Source: Neophaeotheca triangularis (lineage: Eukaryota). From it: a DNA stretch of 64,000 bases. Made by a program: the position numbers and the translations under genes. A model generated the notes under the pieces. It saw only the letters and a program-made list of their open reading frames with translations. It searched no databases and had not been told where the DNA came from. The stretch lies in the NCBI GenBank assembly GCA_054600435.1, contig BAAIJX010000005.1, forward strand, positions 62,001 through 126,000, read 5' to 3'. Below, one piece after another: positions 57,820 through 64,000 of the stretch (position 1 is the first letter of the stretch; every line of letters begins with the position of its first letter).

Positions 57820-58354
57820 AGCTTGAGTGAGCGGGCCTTTTTGTTTATGATGATGAGGATGGGTTTCCGATAGTCTGCTGGCGAGGGAACTGGGAGCTAT
57901 GATGGTTGGGTTGAGCGTGGTTGTTCGACGGACGGTTTGGTCATCTTGCTGTTTACGGGATGATGCTGCCGTTACTGATGGACGAGGAGAGAGAGCCTGA
58001 CGTGGCTACTAGCGTGATGCAGAGCAAGAAGGAATGCATGGTACCTTATGCTTCTGAGTGTGTACGTAGTTAGCACGGCCGAACCGGAACCTGCAAAAGC
58101 TTTCTACCAATCTCCAAAACCACCCGTGCCTAGACTCCCGTAACTACTGCTTGCTATCGAAAGTCAGTCCCATATCCTACCTATCCCAGCAGAATGCTTA
58201 ATCAATCAAGCGCTGAAAATATTACCCGGGTATCTCTTTAGAAACAACAAAGAACAAAAAGCGCAAAACGCCAACCGCTATGCTCACGACCAACCAACCA
58301 ACTAATCCTCTCCAACCCTCCCACAACCCCACTCCACCCTTCTCTCCCCCGGCC

Positions 58355-60133
58355 CTACCTCCCCCCCTCCCAACTCCACCCCCTCCCATCATCAACATTC
58401 CTCCACCTCCCGCCCACAACCGCCTCCCAACCCCCCATGACGCCCAAAACCCTACACCCAGCACTACCAACGGCACAAACAACCCCATCGGCCCCCTGGC
58501 CCAGCACCGCCAAATCGAGCAAGTACGCCCGAGCCACCAACTCCCGCATCCGCATCACCTGCTCCCCCACCACGGGGTTTTTGTTACCGCTGCCGCTGCC
58601 GCCGCCGCCGTTGCGACCGCCCGCGCTGAAGAGTAATGCGCTGTAGAAGCCGCCTTCCCAGCCGGAGTTCTCGTCAATGTGTTTGATGTAAGCGCTTCCG
58701 GGCAGCCGTTGGGGGGAGCGCGGGGATGCGGCGTCGAGGGTTGTTTTTGTGGCGAGTTGGATGCGGGATTGGGCGTGGTGGAGGGTGAAGTGCGGTTGGT
58801 TGGTGTTGGAGAGGGATGGCGGGGGTTGCAGGGTTTCGAGGAGGTCTGGGGAGGTGTAGAGTTCCGGGTCGTCCGAGGCGAGGAGGAGTGGGATTGGCAG
58901 GGTGGGGTCGTTGCCGGAGTAGTGGTTGGGAGGTTGCAGCGTTTGGTATATAGAGCGTGCGGCTGTTGTGTAGCGTTCTAGTGGCAGGTAGTCGGAGCTG
59001 AATTGGATTTCTAGCGGGTGCAGATCACCGCGGCGGATGTGCATGCCGATGAGGGGGTTGCGGGTTTCCGCGCGGAGGCTTTTGATTCGTGAGGCCGCGT
59101 AGGTGGCGTCTTCAGGGTTGAGGCGGAAGAGGGCTTCATAGCCGGTGCGGAGGAGGTCGTAGATGGGTTTGTTTTTTGCCGCGCCGTGTTTTCGAGGGTT
59201 TTGAAATTTAGTGTAGAAGGCTTGGTTGAAGGTTTGAGAGGCCGTGCTGGCCGAGACTACGAGGTGCTGGACTGTGCGAGGGCAAGGCAGAATGTGGGAG
59301 CGCGGAGGTGGCGCGCAGTTTGGGTCTGGGGCCGGCTCGAAGAAAGTCGAGTAGCGACCGTAGGGCCAGTCTGTGTCGTCAATGAAGAATGCTCTCCCTT
59401 CCTTTTTAGCCATGCCGTAGCTGAGCCAGAGCATGAGAAGCGATTTGCCAAAGCTTGCATCCTCTGTCGCCATGGAGAATGTCAAGCTTCGCTCGCATAG
59501 CTTTTTATCTTCTGACTGGGTGGGCGACTTTGGAAGCAGTCCTTGCCTCTGGGCATCGCCGACGTCAACGAAGGTAGGGTCGTCCGCGTAGTACCCTTGC
59601 CACTTGGCGGCGGACTTGGCTTTCTGTAGTGGCGAGGATGCCTTTATGCTCTCCCTCAATGCTTCGCCTTGGCTGCAGATACCCTGGTACTGTTGGCGAG
59701 ACAAAGGGAAAGTATGGCTAGGTGGAATGGACACGGTCCATTTCGAGCGGCCTACAGCATCGGTGACCATCAAAGCTTTCGGTTCATCGGGCAGCAAGGG
59801 GCCATTGTATTCCTCCGACACGACCGAGTGATGTGAAGGTACGATGGACGATGGCAGAAGACCAATGACTGGTAGCGTCGGAGGCAGACATCTTAGTAAT
59901 AACAGCAAGCAAAAGACGATACCAAAGACCTTGAGTGCAACCGTGTGCGGCCTTCTTCGTCTTCGGTTGTTTTCCTTGGTGACCGGTGTTGGCAGCTCGT
60001 CAAACGTCGGCAGTTTCGTCTTCTCGGTAGGACTATTGCCAGGAGTGGTGGAGGAAGAAGATGAGCTGGTTGACGAAGTCGATAAGTTGGTGTTTCGTCT
60101 GTCGCGCATGTTGAAAGAAGAGAAAACGGGCAT
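58355..60133 (-). CDS. Type II membrane protein with fucosyltransferase-like (FUT8/GT23) motifs
   Basis: 592-aa ORF; RRRR then a single TM segment; GMHIRRGD, LLASDD and DLAVLGQGADGVVCAVGSAGCRVL. Confidence 0.75.
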   Translation of the reverse strand: MPVFSSFNMRDRRNTNLSTSSTSSSSSSTTPGNSPTEKTKLPTFDELPTPVTKENNRRRRRPHTVALKVFGIVFCLLLLLRCLPPTLPVIGLLPSSIVPSHHSVVSEEYNGPLLPDEPKALMVTDAVGRSKWTVSIPPSHTFPLSRQQYQGICSQGEALRESIKASSPLQKAKSAAKWQGYYADDPTFVDVGDAQRQGLLPKSPTQSEDKKLCERSLTFSMATEDASFGKSLLMLWLSYGMAKKEGRAFFIDDTDWPYGRYSTFFEPAPDPNCAPPPRSHILPCPRTVQHLVVSASTASQTFNQAFYTKFQNPRKHGAAKNKPIYDLLRTGYEALFRLNPEDATYAASRIKSLRAETRNPLIGMHIRRGDLHPLEIQFSSDYLPLERYTTAARSIYQTLQPPNHYSGNDPTLPIPLLLASDDPELYTSPDLLETLQPPPSLSNTNQPHFTLHHAQSRIQLATKTTLDAASPRSPQRLPGSAYIKHIDENSGWEGGFYSALLFSAGGRNGGGGSGSGNKNPVVGEQVMRMRELVARAYLLDLAVLGQGADGVVCAVGSAGCRVLGVMGGWEAVVGGRWRNVDDGRGWSWEGGR

Positions 60134-61095
60134 CAGGTAGAAGGTAGATCAGGGTTGGATTAAGAGATGGCTCTCGAGAAATGCTTGCTGACTCCAGGTC
60201 ACGATGTAGAAGATGAAGCGTTATAGCCGCTGTCGTTGGGACATGCGGGAATGTCGAGGACAACTCGACAGAGCCTCGATCACGGCCGCTTGCTGAAGCC
60301 CAGGTGGAAGGGTAAAATAATAATAAGAGATGGCGGGTAGCAGTGGGGTCCAAACTACGCGGCAGCAGGGTCGAGGTCGAGCAGGGAAACAGAGAGATAA
60401 GAGTCCAGCTCTTCACATGCCCGTCAGCAACTCTTAGGGTATGCGTGGGTGGCTAGTTAACGAAAAGCAAGGCCAGCCGCATAGTAGAAGAAGAAGAAGT
60501 GAAGAAGAGAGGAGAAAGCGCAGAGTCAGCAGTAGTGCCTGGTGCTCAGGCCATGTTATGCAACACAGGACAAATAATAATCAAAAAGAAGCCAATCGCA
60601 GGGGCGGGCGAGAGTCGGACCTGTAGGAGAAAAGAAGGATGCAAGAGGAGAGGTAAATGGAGGTGGTGGTAGTAGTAAGTACAGTAGTAGTAGTGTAGCT
60701 CTCTGCTCCGCAAAGCCGTGGAGACCGGAGGGGAGTATGCAAGAGGGCACAGGGAGTGCGCCCTCCTCTGCCGTCTCACCTCACTGAGTCACCACTACTA
60801 CTTTTCGAGTTCCGTCCGGCTGCAGCATGTAATGATGATAATGCAACAAAAGTAGGTAAAGTAGGTAGACGGTGATTTAGTTTGTAGGTCTGACGTTGCC
60901 GGGCCCCTAGACAAGACCAAAGGCCTACTACTTTTTTGACCTACTGTACCTATTAGCTGTAAGTTAGGTGACCGGCCCCTGGTCAATGACGAAGATGGCC
61001 TTCCCTCCCGCCTCCCGGCATCAAGACGACCAACGCTTCAATCAACATGAAGAATAATTAGTAAGACGCGGCGGGAGGCAACAGATCTGGCCGGG

Positions 61096-61183
61096 AGACG
61101 TGGACGCGGACGGGGACGTGGACGGGGAGGTTGCTTGGCAAGTTGGCGTGAACGGTGAGAGTAGTGCAGTGCAGTGCAGTGCA
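61096..61183 (+). repeat. Short hexamer (GGACGN)n and pentamer (GTGCA)n tandem repeats
   Basis: gacgtggacgcggacggggacgtggacgggg and gtgcagtgcagtgcagtgcag read directly. Confidence 0.8.
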
Positions 61184-62777
61184 GGTGGGGACACGCAACC
61201 TGGAAGTTTTGAAACCGACGGGACACTGCAGGTGCAGGTGCACGTCTGCAGCATGATGATATGATGGAACCAGAACAGCCGACTTTTTCGGGGAACATGG
61301 AAGTCAGCTAGTAAGGTAGTAGTAGTGTGAACAACAAACGGCGACACGGCTGGCCGGGCGACACGCAACAACGACAACCCGTAGACGGTAGCCCAGACCT
61401 GTCACAAACGGGGCTTGTCTTGATGAATCGGTTTTATACTAGGTACAACACAACACCTTCAGCTATAGGTATAGGTGTAGGTATAGGTATGGATATACCT
61501 TATTCGAAACGCAGTCACATGTAGATTGAAACCCACTAGCCGAGACGATCGCCACAGCCATGGGAGCTACAGCAGTACCTAGGTACAGTAAGTTAGTAGT
61601 AGTGCATCTTATACAAGGCCCGAGAGGCACCATGATCCATTCTCGCTACCTTATTCTTTCGTAGCGCCATTATTGCCCAGGCCGAAACCTAGTCGCAAGT
61701 ACCTCCAGGCACCGAGCGATTGGACTCTGGGCCACCCTCCTGACCTTTGTCTCACTACTACCAGTACTAAGGTACGCAATTGCACTCGCTTGCTTCCAGT
61801 ACTATCGCCTCCCTTATATATTCACAACCGAAACACTGAAACACTCAAACCCGAGGCGACGCAACATCACCTCCCAAAAGCATTCATACAGTAGGGACGA
61901 CACCCAACACTCCCGTCCCATGCTCTGCTCGATGCATCCCGCAATGAAAATGCCGAGCGGACCCCACCTACTGTACCCACGGTCTACCCATCCAGACGAC
62001 CGAGCAATCCCGCTCACGTGCCCGCCTCTTTCAGCAGCAGTGGAGAAGCCACGACATTTCTACCCTAGGCAACTAGGTAGATTTCTGTTGAGAACTGCAC
62101 CGATTGATGAGCTCCACAGGAGGGAGCTGTTGATGATATCCGCCGTCATCAGTCATGGTCATTATTATTGAGCGCAAACTTTCCCGATTCCTCCTCGGCA
62201 CAAGCGGGTGGTGACCGCCCAGTGAGAGATGGGTGACTTGACGTAGATTTTCGTATGGTGATGAGAGATGCGAATTAATAATCTTTATGGCGTGGTGCGA
62301 AGTTGGAACTGCACAGAAATGGAATGGAATGTTTGTTGTGCCGCGTCACCCACGTGGCCCGTCTCGGAGCTGCGCCCGCGGCTCTAAAAGTTGTACTATG
62401 TACGAGCTGGGAAGTGTGCGTAGGTTCGCAGGATGCTACGGTGTTGGAGGTGGTGGTTTTGTTGGTAGTCGTGCAGTGCGAGACAGGTGTGCGAGCGCTG
62501 ACGAGATATTTAGCCATGTCGCAAAGTCTTGTTATATTGCTATTTAAAAACTGCCTGTTGTGGACTCGGCGATGATATTTGAAGTCGGCTCAGGGTAAGA
62601 GTTGGGTTTCTCTCGAGTCACCGTGGCAGCCGAGTCAACATGGCAGCCGGTCATGGTTGCAAGCAGCAATAATAGTATGTTGTCGTGACGGGCATTTTGT
62701 CTTGCTCTTGCCGTTTGCAAGCCAGCCCCAAAGGCAATACAGGGCGCGGACGAAGCAGCTCACTCGGACACCATCAC

Positions 62778-64000
62778 TCAAATCCCTGTTCGACTTGGCT
62801 GTACACTTTCACCGTAGGTGCTTCGCTCATCCTCAGTCTGAACCTTCGTCACACCATCATCAACACTCCCACACGCGGCGTCGATCGCTTTCAGCTCGTC
62901 GTCGAGAGCGCTCATCCTCAACACAAACTCCTTCTGCAGATCCCTCAGCCACTGACTTAGATCCCTTGCGTCCATATCGCCGTCTTTCGCCTGCATAAGA
63001 TGCTCCTTGAGATTCAAGAGTAGTTTCCGTCGACGAGCGTGAACAACGGCAGCCGACGTCGTCTTCCTCTGCTTGGCCTGCTGAACGAGCGTGTCCGAGA
63101 CATATTCCGCGTGCTCCACTACACCAGGGGGCAGAGGCACGACTCTCGCGAGTTTCAGACCGTAGTGCTCCTCCTCGACGGCGCCGGCGGATATGCGGTA
63201 AAGCATTTCCATCTTGTCCTGCTCGCTCGTGTCGACGGCGAGGTGCAGGTTTATGACGCCGTTGCGCTCAGCCATGATGTTTGCGAGGTCTCGGAAATGG
63301 GTGGCGAACCACACTAGTGCTCTGCTTTCGACGAGTGCTTCGGCGATGGCGAGGGCGATGGCGAGGCCGTCTCGTGTGCTAGTGCCCCGGCCGAGCTCGT
63401 CGATGATGGCCATGCTCTGACCGTCGACGTTGCGCAAGATGAAGGCGGTCTCGCGCATTTCGGCCGCGAAGGTCGACACGTTGGCTTCGATATTGTCGTC
63501 CATGGAGACTCGTGCGAAGAGCTGCCGGATGATGGGGAATGCTGCGTACTGGGCTGGTACGAAGCTACCTACCTGAGCCATGATAGACATGAGGGCGACA
63601 GAGCGGATGTAGGTGCTTTTACCGCTCATGTTGCAGCCCGTGATGATTTGAAAGCGCGTCTGCTGGGTCGCGTAGACGTCGTTGGGTATGAATTTGCTTG
63701 ACTGGATCTTCTCACGAACCGGATGACGGCCAGCACGTATGGCGAGAGTGTCTGACATCTGCGGTCGAACATAGTCGTGTGAAGTCACCAGTTGAGCGAA
63801 AGCAGTCATCATGTCGAGCATAGCCAATGCCTCACATATTTTGAACAAGACGGACATGTGCTCCCTCACGTTATCGATCAAATCTTGCACGGCCTTGTCG
63901 CTCATCATCAAGACCTCGGTGTGCGAATCGGCAATCTTTTGGTTGAGCTTCATAATGTCCAGAGTCTGACATTCGATCCAGTCGTTCTTGCGAAAAACAT
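62778..64000 (-). CDS. MSH4: Meiotic MutS homolog 4 (5' part lies outside the window)
   Basis: GRHP, ITGCNMSGKSTY, NVSTFAAEMRE, DELGRGTS and FATHF; GCNMSGKST and LVWFATHF fit the Msh4 subfamily. Frame open to the window edge. Confidence 0.92.
   Translation of the reverse strand, partial: VFRKNDWIECQTLDIMKLNQKIADSHTEVLMMSDKAVQDLIDNVREHMSVLFKICEALAMLDMMTAFAQLVTSHDYVRPQMSDTLAIRAGRHPVREKIQSSKFIPNDVYATQQTRFQIITGCNMSGKSTYIRSVALMSIMAQVGSFVPAQYAAFPIIRQLFARVSMDDNIEANVSTFAAEMRETAFILRNVDGQSMAIIDELGRGTSTRDGLAIALAIAEALVESRALVWFATHFRDLANIMAERNGVINLHLAVDTSEQDKMEMLYRISAGAVEEEHYGLKLARVVPLPPGVVEHAEYVSDTLVQQAKQRKTTSAAVVHARRRKLLLNLKEHLMQAKDGDMDARDLSQWLRDLQKEFVLRMSALDDELKAIDAACGSVDDGVTKVQTEDERSTYGESVQPSRTGI

Overview
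Gene-dense eukaryotic DNA from a filamentous ascomycete (short GT-AG introns with CTAAC/CTGAC branch sites; protein style suggests a Dothideomycete, which is inference). It holds about 25 protein-coding genes, mostly housekeeping: MRPL25, SAD1, ATG1, MDM31, PNO1, APE2, SEC59, PRE7, ATP11, an M16 peptidase, homocitrate synthase, eIF3b, a DEK-C/SWIB protein, an Eis1-like protein, a DEN1-type deneddylase, a COG0523 GTPase and partial MSH4. An orphan-rich stretch lies at about 23-35 kb. I saw no RNA gene, transposon or CRISPR array. Best leads: (1) a small gene with three synonymously diverged PQPRDPG peptide repeats, next to a MYND-DUF4470 gene and an M16 peptidase; (2) an orphan ORF split by one in-frame TAG; (3) a conserved small gene with a GC-AG intron and a frame break at ATC-TGA-CTA; (4) a FUT8/GT23-like glycosyltransferase; (5) recurrent intergenic TACCTAGGTA palindromes; (6) repeated C/A-rich to G/T-rich skew flips. 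All family assignments come from motif recognition by eye; no searches were run.
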